NCBI RefSeq assembly: GCF_006345805.1
Contig: NC_042999.1
Coordinates: 118,792,001 to 118,856,000 of the forward strand
Direction: 5' to 3'
DNA length: 64,000 bases
From: Octopus sinensis
Lineage: Eukaryota
Of the stretch, positions 24,976 to 39,210 are shown piece by piece. The notes beneath the pieces were generated by a model. That model ran no database searches. It worked only from the letters and a program-made list of their open reading frames with translations, and was not told the DNA's origin. The translations under genes and the position numbers were made by a program. How positions within the stretch are numbered: the stretch's first letter is position 1; each line of letters opens with the position of its first letter.

Positions 24976-26182
24976 TGTATTCAAATTCATATATGGAACT
25001 GAAAGGCATTCTGTCAGCAACTGTTAAATGTACCACAAATGCATTGTAAATGAAAGTCATACTTAATAACATCAACAAGCATGAATATACTAAATAATTA
25101 TAATTGATGTGTTCAGTATACAGGGCATAAAATATAAAAAAAACTATATTAATTTATAAAATCATTCACTCTATTCTTCTATTTCCTATAACATCATATT
25201 CAACATATGTTATCTTGAAAACAACTAATGAATATCAAAAATATCTTTAAGGAAAATGTTGCCTTAATTTTATTTATTTAACATTAGACTTTGTTTCATA
25301 ATGACAATAAATCTATTCAAATTGGGGTTTTAGTATCTTATGTAGGATATGTTAACTCTGAAAACACAAATACTATTGATTTTTCTCAATGACCTTATGT
25401 ATTCAAACATTACATTTAACTTGCCGTTTATTTACTAGAGTTTTTCTAATTTGGTGGTGAAGTCAAATTACTTTATCAAATTACATCTACAAATCCAAGT
25501 GGAAAATATTAAATTCTTCATACTACCATTTATACAAAGTCATAAGCTAAAAGCAAAATATAATATTGAATTATTAGATTCAATGTGAGCATAGAGTGCT
25601 TTTGCAAAGAACTTCAAGCTAACTTTGTTCCAGCTGGAACTATGAAACTGGAGTTCATTGCAATTTTTGGAAATAAATCCTTCACCTTTTCTTATACTTC
25701 TTCCTCTAACCAACCCATGCACATATTTGTTGTTTGCGACATCAAAGGTGCAGTGAGTTCAGTCGTTGGTTCCACTAACTATACTTAACTATATAATCTA
25801 ACACGCATAAATAAAAACTAAAACAAACTGGGAACTCATATTGTACATGGAACAAATGAAGAGATAATTATGCGACAGCAAGTCCACAAAATCAAACAGT
25901 TTAACGAAACAGCAGAAACAAATAGTAAAAAAAAAACCATAAATTCTCTCTCTTTTTTCCACTTGTGTTATATTTTTTATTAATCTTCTGAAAGCCTTTA
26001 ATTTTGTTTTAAAATTTTTCTCTAGCATTTCTTTCTTACTTCTCTTTTTTTCTTTCCTTCTTTATTTTTATACAGTATTTTATTTCCCTCTCTTCTTTTC
26101 TCCTGTCAATTATTTTCTTTCTATGCCACCATATTTCCTCTTACACATGCATGTGCACACACATACTCACGCACACACATTC

Positions 26183-26234
<52 letters not shown>

Positions 26235-26300
26235 TCTCTCTGAAATACACTCATATATCAGTAATCTATTAATAAGGATTTTATTTTTCACTACCTGTAG

Positions 26301-26475
26301 GTGGAAACAATAGGGGATGCTTATATGGTTGTAAGTGGTCTTCCAGAACGTAATGGAATAAAACATGCCGGTGAAATTGGCACAATGGCATTGGATCTTT
26401 TGTACCAATGTGGCAACCTACGAGTTAACCATTTGTGGAATATGCCTTTGCTCCTGAGAATTGGATTACACACTG
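26301..26475 (+). CDS. Receptor-type guanylyl cyclase exon ([15 protein letters not shown]...RIGLHTG)
   Basis: Acceptor ctgtAG 26299-300, donor G|GTAAGT 26476; the KVETIGDAY glutamate is the GTP-specifying residue of guanylyl cyclases. Confidence 0.97.
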
Positions 26476-27449
26476 GTAAGTAAATGAATAACTAAATTTA
26501 CTGATAGTTGTCTTATTGAGTAGTTCCAATGAACTCTGCATCTGCAGACCAATAGAATTTAACCAGCAGTTGCCTCTAATTAAATATGCCTAGCCATACA
26601 TCAGTCAGCATAAGCTATATACTAGATTATACAGCTTCTCATACAAAGTCATTGGTTATATAAGGTGCAATGTAGTTGGTATTCAGTAAACAGTTCCATG
26701 CATTTTAATGCTCTACCTGCTTATATATCAAAGTCCCTGCTGATGACTGCAGCTAAGCTGTACAAAACAGACTCAGTTGTTATATGGTTGTTTTGATGAA
26801 TTTTTTTAGATGACAAAAATATTTCTCACTCTGAAAGCAGTAAATTAAAAGAAAATTCCTTTTCTTTATACCATTATCTTCAAGATAGAATCATCCATGT
26901 TCCACAGTTTAGCTGATTCAATTTACTTAAATAGGTATATGTACAAACAAAGCAGTTTACAAAATGATAACAATAATTATTACTTATCATTGGGCATAAA
27001 AACCTAAATATACAATACAAAGCTTTTCAGCCATCTACTGTGTCTGCTTTCCTTCCTGGTTGCAAATGCAGTCTGAAACAGAAGCAGACACAGCAGAAGG
27101 ATTTTGTTCTCCCTTTTATTATTTTCCTTTTATATTTTTCTTCTGATGACCAAGTTTTTAATTGGCTTGCACTGCCGTACATACAGCAACTGAGTCCTCA
27201 GCTCTGCACCACCAATTATCTCCCTAGTACCACAATAGAATAAATTAGAAATTTAGTACACAAAATAAATAAGATAACCCACCCACAAATAGGTGAATAG
27301 CTGCCATCTTGGTTAACACAGGACACCCCTTTGCACTGAGCACTATCAGCTCCAATCAGCTTCTGCAAACCGGGTTCACCTAATCTACTTGTTTTTGTCT
27401 TCAGATTTTGCTGAATTCCCATATCTTTTGGGCAGGTTAACGATCTAAG

Positions 27450-27650
27450 GTAGGCTGTGAGCTGGCAGAATCATTAGCATGCTGGACAGAATACTGAGCA
27501 GCATTTCATCTATCTTGACATTCTGCATTGAAATTCTGCTAAGGTCAACTTTTGTCTTTCATCCATTTGAGGTCGATAAAATAAATACCAGTTTTGTATT
27601 GCTGTAGATGTAATTGACTTACCTCTTCCCCACAATTTGAAATCAATATT
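27450..27650 (+). mobile_element. SINE family B
   Basis: gagctggcagaatcattagcatgctggacag..aggtcaacttttgtctttcatcc. Confidence 0.7.
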
Positions 27651-27819
27651 AGTGTGATCTTTATTAGCAGGGTTTTTTTTATTATTTGGAGTAAGATTCA
27701 CCTCACCTCCATCTTTTCTTCAATCAATATAATATTTCTCTAGTTTCATTTAGTAGCATCATTAAGTTCTCATTGCTAATTTGGACACTGAGGTACTGCA
27801 GGAATACAGGTTCCTTTCT

Positions 27820-28052
27820 TATTTCTTTACTGCCCACAAGGAGCTACACACAGAGGGGACAAACAAGGACAGACAAACAGATTAAGTCGATTACATCAAC
27901 CTCAGTGTGTAACTGGTACTCATTTAATCGGCCCCGAAAGGATGAAAAGCAAAATCAACCTCGGCAGAATTTGAACACAGAATGTAGCAGCAGACGAAAT
28001 ACTGTTAAGCATTTCACCTGGCGTGCTAACGTTTCTGCCAGCTCACCACCTT
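27820..28052 (-). mobile_element. SINE family B
   Basis: Reverse complement of 46935-47170. Confidence 0.8.
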
Positions 28053-28371
28053 TACAGGTTCTTTTCTGTTAGGTTCCTTTCTGTTAACTTACTTTTGTTT
28101 CTTACTGGGCTCATAAGTATGTTTTGCTCTTTCTACTCTCACTGATGTTTCCAATGACTGCCAACCACTTCATAGAGTCCATCTCCTCCACAAATAATTG
28201 CAATTCAATGGAAAAGATTAGCAACTAGACGTTTCTGGAGCGTTTTGTGCATGATGCTAAGACCACAGCACTAAACTGAAGACTGGGATTGGTTGTGCTT
28301 TGTATACAGTGATAGCAACAGTCACAGTCGTTCTCTTAATATCAGAGGCTTATAAGGAATACAAGTTGGTA

Positions 28372-28590
28372 AAATCTTTAGCATGCCAGGTGAAATGCTT
28401 AGCAGTATTTCGTCTGTCTTTATGTTCTGCGTTCAAATTCTGCTGAGGTTGACTTTGCTTTTCACCCTTTCGGGGTCGATTAAATAAGTACCAGTTACAC
28501 TCTGGGGTTGATGTAATCAACTGAATCCCTTTGTCTATCCTTGTTTGTCCCCTCTGTGTTCAGTCTCCTGTGTGCAATAAAAAAATAAAT
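28372..28590 (+). mobile_element. SINE family B
   Basis: Similarity to 46935-47170. Confidence 0.8.
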
Positions 28591-29994
28591 ATCAGGGGCT
28601 TATTGTTGTTCACGCTGCTACTACTGTTTGCCACTCTCTTTTTCTTCCTTTTTCTTTTTCTTCTGTGTAGAAGAGACTGCAGTGCTTTTTAATACCACAT
28701 GTATAATAACTGGGCTTACTTCCATGAATCACCAGTTTGATTGACCTGATTCCTCGGCAGAATATAGCTTCTGGATAGCTTTGTAATTTTCATGGGTTAT
28801 CTGGATTTAGCTTTAGACCCCCATCCAAGTATATGTCTTTGCAGATCACCTCTTTGTGCATTACCTGCTCATAGTGTACTGCAAAGATGTCGAGCCAGGG
28901 TCCAATGTCAGTACCAAAATCACTGGCTGTAACCTTTGAATTTTTCATACCCATGTATCATTGAACTGTCCTGTGGGCAGGGATGTAGTACTTGAGTCCT
29001 GCCAACCTACTTACTACATCCTCTGTCTCAAATAATATGCACTACTCCTATATGCTTTGCTCTTATTGAGGTTGCATACATTCTACTGCACATCCGCTAA
29101 GACGATTTCCAACTTCTCTCTCTGTAGCATATGAAAATCTCACTCATTTTTTTGTCACTCTTTATTGTTTGAATTTGAATAAATATTCTAGACAAGGATA
29201 CACTTACTTTCATTTTGAAGCATACCTCATATTTGTTGTTCCTTAGTATGAAGTTAACTCATGTCGAATAACTCTTTTCGGTTTGCAATGATGGCAAAAG
29301 ATGAGTGGTTATTTTTGAGTTTTTGGTACTTTTTCTTTTCGACTTATCAGATGTCAATTCTTGTTTATAAATGAGTCTGTTTGTTTAAAATGTAATCATG
29401 TTGAGAGCATTTAAGTTTTCTGAGATCATTAAAGAAATGAGAAAATTAAATTAGATGAAAACATTGAAATCATACAATTAGAGTAGAACTATCCACACAA
29501 ATATTTAGATGAAGATAAAATTCATAGTATAAAACACAAAAATCATGAAGAAAATTAGAAAAATATACTACAGAAGAATTTTATTTATATTTAAAAAAAA
29601 AAACAGAATCAATATTAGAAATAAGATAATACACTAGATATCCTAGTTATAAAGTAAAGCTCTGATATAAATAAACAGATAGTTAAGTGAATGGAAAAGT
29701 CTAAACAGAAAAGAAAAGAACAATTGACTACAGTGTTCAAAACACCAGCCCAAAACTGATCTAGATATAAAGTACCATGCAAAGTCTTTGGCCACTTTAA
29801 GCTATTGTAAGTTTCTACTAATTGCCAGTTTATAAGTGGATGTTTTGCATTACATTTTTAAAGATGAGACATTGGCTCTGTTGGTGTCATTTCCATACCT
29901 AATCATCATATTTTGTAGTAGGGGTTCTAAATGAGAGGGAAAGATGTGAGACCATCAAAAATAGCCATGCAAAAGATTCTGGCCACCTCACATT

Positions 29995-30360
29995 AACCAG
30001 AAGCTGTTCACTGAACCAAAGAGTGGCACTTTATCATGCGCAAAAGAAGAAGAATTGGGTGCTCATATCTACTAGCATAACTGTTGAGGATGGGGGAGTC
30101 TAGTGGCAGTTCGCCCTGGGTGGAACTTTTGGGTTTGCTGTTGGCAGTATGCCTTTTTGTCGGATCTGGGAGGGGGGGACAGCAAATGGCAGGACTGCTC
30201 TGGGCAGCACACACTATATCTATACTAGTGCTCATATCAAATAAACCTACACTGAAGGAAACCATAACCAGCCACTGCCACCTATAAATCTGATAACGAG
30301 GCCTCATTTCAGTGAGGAAGAGGAGCTAGTGCACAATGATGCCATCAAGAGGTAGACCCT
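29995..30360 (+). mobile_element. Possible degraded non-LTR (RLE-type) retrotransposon fragment
   Basis: KLFTEPKSGTLSCAKEEEL resembles a pre-RT segment of such elements; GC-richer than flanks; recognition is weak. Confidence 0.3.
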
Positions 30361-30849
30361 AAAATGGCATGCATTCTCTCCTGATGATCCTATACATTTG
30401 TTGGCTTACAGTATGTGAAGCTTTTGACTGGTAGCACTTGCATGTGCAAGTTATTTGCAAAACATATGAATATATAAATGAAAGGAAATAATACGGAACA
30501 AACTAGAGCCATCTACACTGAAGAAAAATATTTAGAAAAGAATAAAACAAAAATACATAAATAAAAAAACACAAAATACCAAAATATATTAGGGAAAAAG
30601 GAAAAGTGCAACTCACTCTCAGGTCAATAACCTACAAGACTTGCCAAAAAGAAAGTAAACTATATTAAAGCTAAAAGTGACACAAAAGCTTTAGGCTAAA
30701 ATCAGAAACAAAATGTTTGTTCTTCGCTCTACAGGAACAATGTATAGCTAAAAATATTTACAAAAATAAAGAAACAAATTATTAATATCAAGTGTAAAAG
30801 AGAGTGTCAATAATAATTGCAGCATTATATAGGATAAAATGAATAAAAG

Positions 30850-31030
30850 CATGAACAAAAACATAAAAATGGTAATCCTGCTAGGCACAATCCACTCCCT
30901 ATACAAAGCACTTTCAACTCAATAGCACAACTCAAGCAGTATACCCTCTGCACAAAGCACATGCCCTAAACAATTACTGCCAAATAAAACAACACAGCTG
31001 AGACAACACTTAGGCTTATGGTATCACTAC
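30850..31030 (+). mobile_element. R4/Dong-like LINE 3' fragment
   Basis: MVILLGTIHSLYKALS matches the C-terminus seen at 59480-59560 (IALLGTKHIL). Confidence 0.45.
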
Positions 31031-31169
31031 AAAACTGTATGAAATGACAAACGTAGTGCATACTCAATAGAATAACCATAATAGCACATTTTCTTATATA
31101 CTATAACCCTATATGACCAACAATGCATACAAACTTCTACACAGTTGCTGCTTAGCAAAACATATTTTA

Positions 31170-31345
31170 GAAAGCAACCAGTGCACTCTGCTAACTGGTA
31201 GACATTAGAAAGGGCATCCAGCCATAGAAACCATGCCTCAATCGATGGTTGGAGTCTGGACAACTACCTGCTAGCCAAATCCATGTCAAACCGTCCAAGC
31301 CATGCCAGCATGGAGAATGGATGTTAAATGATGGTGATGATGATG
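31170..31345 (+). mobile_element. RTE 3' UTR fragment ending in (GAT)n
   Basis: catgccagcatggagaatggatgttaaatgatggtgatgatg; further copies at about 31810-32010(+), 32660-33000(-), 36140-36480(+), 39945-40140(-), 45040-45325(+), 50330-50480(-). Confidence 0.7.
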
Positions 31346-32341
31346 ACTACTCAGTAACATAACTCAACATTCATAGCATCAGTGCTTGCTAATATTCTTT
31401 TCTCACATGGTCAGCTCACTTTGAATTCAAATTACCTCTGCCCACTGCTTCCTTATAAATACTTTTAGTCGAAAAACAAAAAAACAAACTATTGCACTGT
31501 TTGCAGTCTGTATTAAGCACAGCAGTAAATGCAACATATTTACAGTAGTTTACAAAATCAATTATTCTTCTATGGATAAAACATGTGTATTAAGAAACAT
31601 AAAGAGTTAATTACTGTCACAAATTAACTTTAATAATATGTACTTTCTACGCAAAAATCCTTTCAACTAAAAGCACAAGGCCTGAAATTTTGGGGGAGGA
31701 GACTAGTTGATTACATCAACCCCAGTGTTTCATTGATACTTAATTTGCCAACCCCGAAAGGATGAAAGGCAAAGTTGACAATAACAGTATTTGAACTAAG
31801 AATGAAGAAATCAAATTCAATGGCTGGCATCCATGCGACTGAGATCATTGCCACAGCAACAAACTGGCCTCTGTGCTGATGGCACATAAAAGGCACCATT
31901 CAAGCGTGATCATTACCTGCGTCGCCTCAATGGCACTTGTGCTGGTGGCACGCGAAAAATCATCCAACCCATGCTAGCATGGAAAGCGGACGTTAAACGA
32001 TGATGAGGAGGATGAATGAAAAGATGGACCAAATGCTAATGATTCTGTCAGATTGCAGCAAAAATATTTTTATGATTGGCTGCTAATTCAGAATGATCTT
32101 TGTGACCAATGGAAGCACACAAATTTTACATTTGGCTGCAGTACTGTTTATGATAAAAAAAAAAACGATAAAAATCTGTTTACAACAGCAAGAGTTGTTA
32201 GATTTTGATACTTGGTAAAATCCTACATCTAAAGCCAAATTCAGCAAATGATAACTAGCAAAAGCAATAACATCAAACTTAGATTTCTCTCTGCAAATTA
32301 GAAGCTTTCTAGTAATTTTTCTACTTTGCAAATTATGCTTA

Positions 32342-32393
<52 letters not shown>

Positions 32394-32408
32394 GTATATG
32401 CATATATG

Positions 32409-32575
32409 CATGTATGGATCAAAACAGTTTTATTCAAACTCTTTGGTACTCTGAGTTTCAAGTGGGATGCTAATCTTTAGCCATTAGAGTCAGACTTCAG
32501 TGGCTAAAGATTAGCATCATGATTGAAACTCAGAGTACCAAGGAGTTTGAATCAAACTATTTTGATCTCTACATG
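32409..32575. repeat. 167-bp foldback (MITE-like hairpin)
   Basis: catgta..gatcaaaa..ttcaaactc.ttggtactctgagtttcaa..gatgctaatctttagcca / tggctaaagattagcatc..ttgaaactcagagtaccaa.gagtttgaa..ttttgatc..tacatg. Confidence 0.85.
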
Positions 32576-33864
32576 TAACTCCCAATAAATGTATTGAGTA
32601 CCCTTCTTTCATTTGTCTACTCACTAGTATATGTGTATGTGTGTGTATATATATATATACACACATCATCATCATCATGCTGGCATGGGTAGGAGGGTTT
32701 GATAAGAGCTGACCATCAGAAGATGACACCAGACTTCTGCAACCGTCTTGGCAGGATTTTTACAGCTGGATGCCCTTCCAAATGCTAACCACTTTACAGT
32801 GGGGACTGGATGCTTTTTAAGTGGCAAGTACCTTCCAAGACAAAAAAAATCTTTTAAGAGTGGAGTGGATATTGAAGGAGGTGATCTTGTGTCAGGTGAT
32901 GAAAAGTTATAATGAGACAGAGAGACAGAAACAGGTGTCTTGCAGTAGAGGAGGTACAAGGTTACCTAACTAGAGAGAGAAAGGGGGAGAGAGAGAAAGA
33001 GATCAGGAATGAAGACAGAAACACATGTGCTTTTGCAAAGGAGATACATGGTCACCCAACCTGAGGAAAGTACAGGAGGAGAAGAAAGAGAGTAGAAGAC
33101 AGCAGAATAGAGATGGTGGCAAAGTGCCAGGCATACTCACAAGGGACATGGGATAAAAATATAAATGGGATGGTTGAGTAAAAGAAGAGAGAGAGAGAGA
33201 GAGATGATGACAAGATATGGTGGATATATATGGTGGAGAGATATATAAACCTGGGTGTATATAGAGTGGGGTACGGGTTACTGGATAGCAATGATACAGT
33301 GAGTCAGGGCATGTGGGTGGAACACACAGGCCAGGAGCTAGCAGATATGTATATTTTGATCTGCTTCATTGTTTTGTGACTATGTCAATATAAGTTACAT
33401 TTGCCCTAAATGGTCTCATGCTAGAATTATCACCTTTATTAAGTCACTGAAAAAATAAACTCTCATAATATTGTACAAGAGCATCAAATAATCAACATAC
33501 ACAAATATTTTATGATCATGTATTTCAGAAGATGTACCAAGTAGAAACATATTGTTGGTAGTGTTTTCCAAGGAAAACAGTAAGAACTTCATGTGAGATT
33601 ACATTTTCCTCTTTGATCAGCAAATTAAGCAATTGAAATACATCTGTATAATAGGTGGTTCATACAATGTTTGTTTTTCTATGCTAGCAAGGATTAGACT
33701 GGGAGGGTCTTCAGGCAAGTCTATATGACTGGATAATTTTCCATCTGTTTTCCAGGTAAAGAAATTTTGCTAATAGGAAATGGTAGTGAGCATCACCAGT
33801 TGCAATTGAGCTACAAATGTTGACATCACCTTCAGTAACATAGCCCACTCTGTATTGTAAACAT

Positions 33865-33898
<34 letters not shown>

Positions 33899-34129
33899 CA
33901 GGTTTGTTTCAGTTTCTCTCTTCCAAATTCATTGGTCCAATGCTACATGCTCAAGGTGCTGCACAATGAGAATAAAGCAAAATCCTCTAGTGCATATATA
34001 TATATATATATAATATATATATATACATGTGCACACACATGCACACACACACACACACATACACACACAACAGCAACAAGTTTTTTAAGCCCACTTACCC
34101 TCATAAAGAAAATATTAGTCTAGTGGTAC

Positions 34130-34400
34130 TTCGTGACCATCATTTCGATTTTACCCTATCCTCTACAATCCCTTTCATCTACTCACCCTCCATCATTTCT
34201 AACTCTGTCATCTTTAGCAATATTTTTCTTTGGTTTTCTTCCACTTCTTTATATAATCAACTCCACCACTTCCCTTATCCAATTGCTTCCTACCTTCTTC
34301 AGCATATGGCTCAGCCATCTTATCCCATTTCTTTCCACAAGATCCATCACCATGATGTAACACTTCTATATATTCTTTACATGGGAACTGAGCCATAGCC
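34130..34400 (-). mobile_element. Degraded RTE ORF2 3' fragment
   Basis: IRWLSHMLK..SGRKPKK..KDD resembles the RTE LRWYGHV..GRGRPRK motif. Confidence 0.4.
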
Positions 34401-36459
34401 AATATTTCCCTTGAATTCACAGTACACACAAGAGCTACTGCTATTCTTGTTGCCTTCAGTTTTAAAGTTTCCACTATCACCACTTTTTCTTCCTTATTTG
34501 TCTTTACATAAATGTTTGCATTTACAGTTGAATCCAGTAACAATTATTATCATTTTTTTTTTGATTTTGCTAATCTTTTTTTAAAGCTGATTATTTGTTT
34601 ACAAAATTTTAAAAAATCCAAGTTCTTTTGAATCTATCCATTAGTGCCATCATTTTGGCTAGCACTCCTTCCTACTCTTCTAGAAATCATGTTGAGTAAT
34701 TTAAGAAATAAACCTTATATAGTAATATAATGATATGATAAACCATATTTTTCTACCATATTTTAATAGCGCTGATACACAAATAGTTTAAGGCCTTTGG
34801 TTGACAAAATGTCACTCACCCTTTTAAAAATCTTTCTCATCAAATAAAACATGGCAAGATACAATTTTGTTTTTCTTTTGAGCTTTGTTTTAGGTGTCTG
34901 TTCATGACAAACAGCAACAACAACAGCAATAAAAATGATGACAGTAACAATATATCAACAAAAAATATACAAACAAAGCTAATATACAATATTGAACAAA
35001 ACAATCCAGTATAACATGAACAAATGCAAAAGTTAAAGTAGCATGTCTTAGTAATTATGATTGTAAATATTTTTTCTTTTCTTTTAGTTGTCACTAGTGC
35101 ATGAATAGAAAAGGAGTATTACAACAATGAAAGAAAGATGAAACAATACTAAAATGAATCTTGTTATTAAATTAAAGAAATTGAAAGCATTCTTTTTACT
35201 ACTTTCTGCACATCTGCAATTGATGTCATGCTCATGCACTCAATTCAATTAGAAAGATCTAAAACAGAATTGCACTGAAATCAGATGGCAGCACAAGCAA
35301 TCATAAATTATTTCTAAACTCTTGAGAGACACCTATTATGTTTTGTATTGATAAGGCAATTTTCACCTGATCTAGTATCAATATAGTTATCGAAAAAAAA
35401 ATCCTATAAAATATATGGACGACAAATATGACTCCTCAATAAAAGTTAAAATTTTGCATTCAGAATTTGGATACAATTAAATACTAAATTCTTTTCTTTC
35501 GTTATTAAGCATATTCTCTCCGATATTATAACGTTTTAACATACAAACTCATAGGTTATATGATAAAATTACTTTTAACAGTTTGGCAATGCTTTCAACT
35601 GAAACTAATTTGTTTTACAGCATTTTGATTGGATGAAAATGTGTTCAGTTTGTTTACAACCTTGCAAAGAGAAAATAAGAACCACCATACGGTTGAAGTG
35701 CAAGAAATTTATAATGACTACTGTGATAATTTTATTTACTTGAATATTATGTTCTGGATATGTGAATGAAAATATGTTATGCATATATGAAATTTTTATT
35801 GCATTGGTTTACATCTAGAAGTTCGATAGTGAAGTAAAATTATATTGATATTTTGGTTGAATGCAGCTGACAAGTCTATTGCAGTAGAGGAAATGAAAGA
35901 CAGATTATTAAATTATCTTGTGAAATTTAAGTATATGAGGTCAGGAATGGATATCAAGCTGGAAAATAATTTGTATGGGTTAATATTTTCAGAATAATTC
36001 TTATAACAAATCTCAACAATACAAACCACAAAATAACCATCTGCACTTAGGAATATGTAATATATATTTTTTTGTCACTTTCAATTATATAACTTGTTTG
36101 TATTTAAAATGAACATGTTTTAGTTATGTACTATAAAGGTACATCTTGCCACCATGTTCAAATCATCCCTATATAGTGCAAGTGGTCATGTGTGTCCAGA
36201 GGAAAACATTTATTCTTGTCCTTCTATCATGCTTCAGCCTCTCAATGCATGGCATAAAGCCGCTCACTGTCAAGGGGGATTTTTTCATCTTGCAGTTACT
36301 TAGTGACCTCATTAGTGTTAGTGCCATGTAAAATGCTCCCTATTCACTCTGTAAAGTGATTGGCATTAGGAAGGAGATCCTGTCATAGAAACCACACCAG
36401 AAAAGATATTGGCTCTTGATACAGGCCTCCATCCAACACAAGAGCATAGAAGAAAGACA

Positions 36460-36840
36460 TTAGATAATGATGATGATCATGACCATGAGGAGGAGAGGGG
36501 GAGGAAGGGGAAGGGGAAGTGGAAGAAGAGGAAAAAAAGAAGAAGAGGAAGCAGAGGAAGAACAAGAGAAAAACAAAGAGGAAGGAAAGAAAGAGAAAGA
36601 AGAGGAAGAAGGTGAAGAAAAGGTTGAAGAAGATGATGATAGTGATGATGATGATGATGAAGAAGAAGAAGAAGAAGAAGAAGAAGAAGAAGAAAAGGAA
36701 GAGGAGAAGGAGGGGCAGAGGTTATTGTTGTTGATGGTGGTGGTGGTGATGTTGGTAGTGGTGGTGTTGATGCTGCTGTTGTTGTTGTTGTTGTTGTTGG
36801 TGGTGGTGGTGCTGCTGCTGCTGCTGTTGCTAGTATTAAC
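36460..36840. repeat. Mosaic trinucleotide/purine-rich tract (GAT, GAA, GTT, GGT, GCT)
   Basis: Directly visible; gives spurious poly-E/K/L/T ORFs. Confidence 0.95.
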
Positions 36841-37163
36841 ATAGCATTGAATATTCTGATTTAAAAAATACCACCTTAAGTCTTTTGTTACTAGAAAATA
36901 TTGCCAGGCAGAGAGTGGGAAGATATTACCTGAGGATAAGCATAAAGGACATCTCGGCTGATGAATGATGAAACAAGCTTCAGTGTCTTTTCTGTCAATA
37001 TAAAACACTAGCCTTTATATATTTTCTGTAACTGAAGATCCAAGCTCAAAAAAAAAAAAAGAAAAGAAAAGCAAAGAAAAAGATCTGAGATCTAAACAGA
37101 GATATTTTATCAACAAAAAATATTGTCTGTAATACTAGGGGTGGAAATAGTGTGGAAATCCAT

Positions 37164-37236
<73 letters not shown>

Positions 37237-37583
37237 ATGTTTCGGAATGGTCATTTTGCCAGTTTAACCAATATATATATATAAATACAGTGTACATTTA
37301 AGCACATAAGAGGTATCCATCATAGGATTCCTTTCATGCTAGAAGGAACAGCTAAAGTCTAAATCACTATTAGGGATAAAAACTCGAAGGGAATGAAACA
37401 TAAAAACATTTACCATCTATCTCCTGGACCATGGTTTCAGACTTTTTTTAGCAAATAAAATAATGTGTTTAAATGTACACTGTATTTAAATGAATAATAG
37501 GTAGTCTATTGACTAATTTTTCTACACGCCAGGCCACAGGTAGTAAAAATTTCTAAAATCTTTATTACCCTGATATTATTAAT

Positions 37584-37617
<34 letters not shown>

Positions 37618-37637
37618 TGTATGTATGTATGTATGTA

Positions 37638-37714
<77 letters not shown>

Positions 37715-39111
37715 TTGTATGTATGTACATCCATTCATACATACGCATGTATGTATGTATTAAGTACTTTACCTTAAGTTACAGTTCTAGTCTTTTAAAT
37801 AGAATCTACATAAGTAACTACTCCAATCAGTTGAGCACCATAACCACCATGGAAACACAGTGACCATACAAAAATTGATATCTCCATGAAAACTAAACTT
37901 GGCCCTCCAAGACTAGTGTCATAAATATCTGATTCAAAAGACAGCCGTTTTTATCAGAAATATTTTATGGAGGGGTTACTTCTTCAACAACCCAGATAAA
38001 TCTACTAAAAAAATTCCTTATCAGGGCAACAGACTTTTAATATCCTTTAAAGAAAAGCTCTATCAAATAATAAAAAGAAAATTCTGCAGCATTCACTACA
38101 AATTCCAATCTATATTGGACACAAACTCAAGGAAATTTGGAAGTTTATTCATACAATCAAACCAAACAAAGCCCTATACTGAATTGACCAAACTACATAC
38201 TTCCATCTTGCCTTTAATGCAATAAGCAGCAAGTACGAAAAATAGAAAATGGGAAACACTGAACGATAAAGAAGATAATAATTCTAGAGCAAAAGCATAT
38301 TAGTGATGGGATGTAGGCATTATTTCTTTTGTAAATAAGGGCCCAGTTTATTATGACAACTCTGTCTAGATTAACAAAATCCCCAACATCCTGCTTAGAT
38401 GTCTGCATGGAAAGAAAATGCCTAGGTGAAGGTTAGTGACCTCATTGGTTTTTACCTACTATAGTACATCAAAATTTGCTTCTCAAGAATTGGAGAGGGA
38501 TTTTTCTGAGATGATGGTCTGCTGACACAACATGATTGTAGTCCACAAACTGTTGACTGATTTGAATAAAAATTTGTACTTCATTTAAAAGAGCCAAGTG
38601 TCTCACTTTATCATAGATATCAACTTCACTTTTACAAACAATTTGGGTATTTATTTTAGATGTGAATACTTCCTTATATTATCCATTTTCATTAATCAAA
38701 CAAGTTCCTACTCTACATTCATTTACAATCAAACAACCCTAAAAACACAGCTAAAATCTTTGTATAAAATATTTCCCCTCAGATTCTCACACCTGTCAGC
38801 TAACAAACAAATCTTTAAAGGCTCTTCCTGCTTCTGCAATGATATCCTAACTAGAAGTGGATTAAAGGACAAGTGAATATATACCTAAAACCCCTGAACA
38901 TAACAAACATAGAAATCCACCCTACAAATTAACTATTGCAACCCCAAAAAGCAAGAACATTTTTCATGCATTTTAAAAGACCCACAATACAGATACTAAG
39001 AAATTTCATTAAAAATACTAAATAAAATACTTTGCTCTACCTAAGCTACATTACATTATGTTTTTTTTCAAACCTATGACTCTCTTGTTTTATATTTCTT
39101 CCTTATTACAG

Positions 39112-39210
39112 GCCCATGCGCAGCCGGTGTGGTAGGGTTAAGAATGCCAAGGTACTGTTTATTTGGTGACACTGTTAATACAGCTTCACGCATGGAGTCC
39201 ACAGGACTAC
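39112..39210 (+). CDS. Receptor-type guanylyl cyclase exon ([33 protein letters not shown])
   Basis: 99-nt phase 1/1 exon, ttacAG acceptor, C|GTAAGT donor; the [18 protein letters not shown] signature carries the guanylyl-specific Cys. Confidence 0.97.

Noticed and set aside
28720-29030. Minus-strand decayed ORF1-like text (YMGMKNSKVT..IGPWL)
   Set aside because: Only faint resemblance to the 5087-6615 family; cannot be supported without a profile search.
33711-33896. Minus-strand ORF as a nested gene exon
   Set aside because: Starts in a (TG)n repeat, with no recognisable domain or partner exons.
35100-36000. Possible old DNA-transposase relic (DGSTSNHKLF.., HLI)
   Set aside because: Too degraded, with no TIRs or continuous frame recognised.
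36409-37008. Poly-E/K/L/T/S ORFs
   Set aside because: Trinucleotide repeat artefacts with no splice context or domain.
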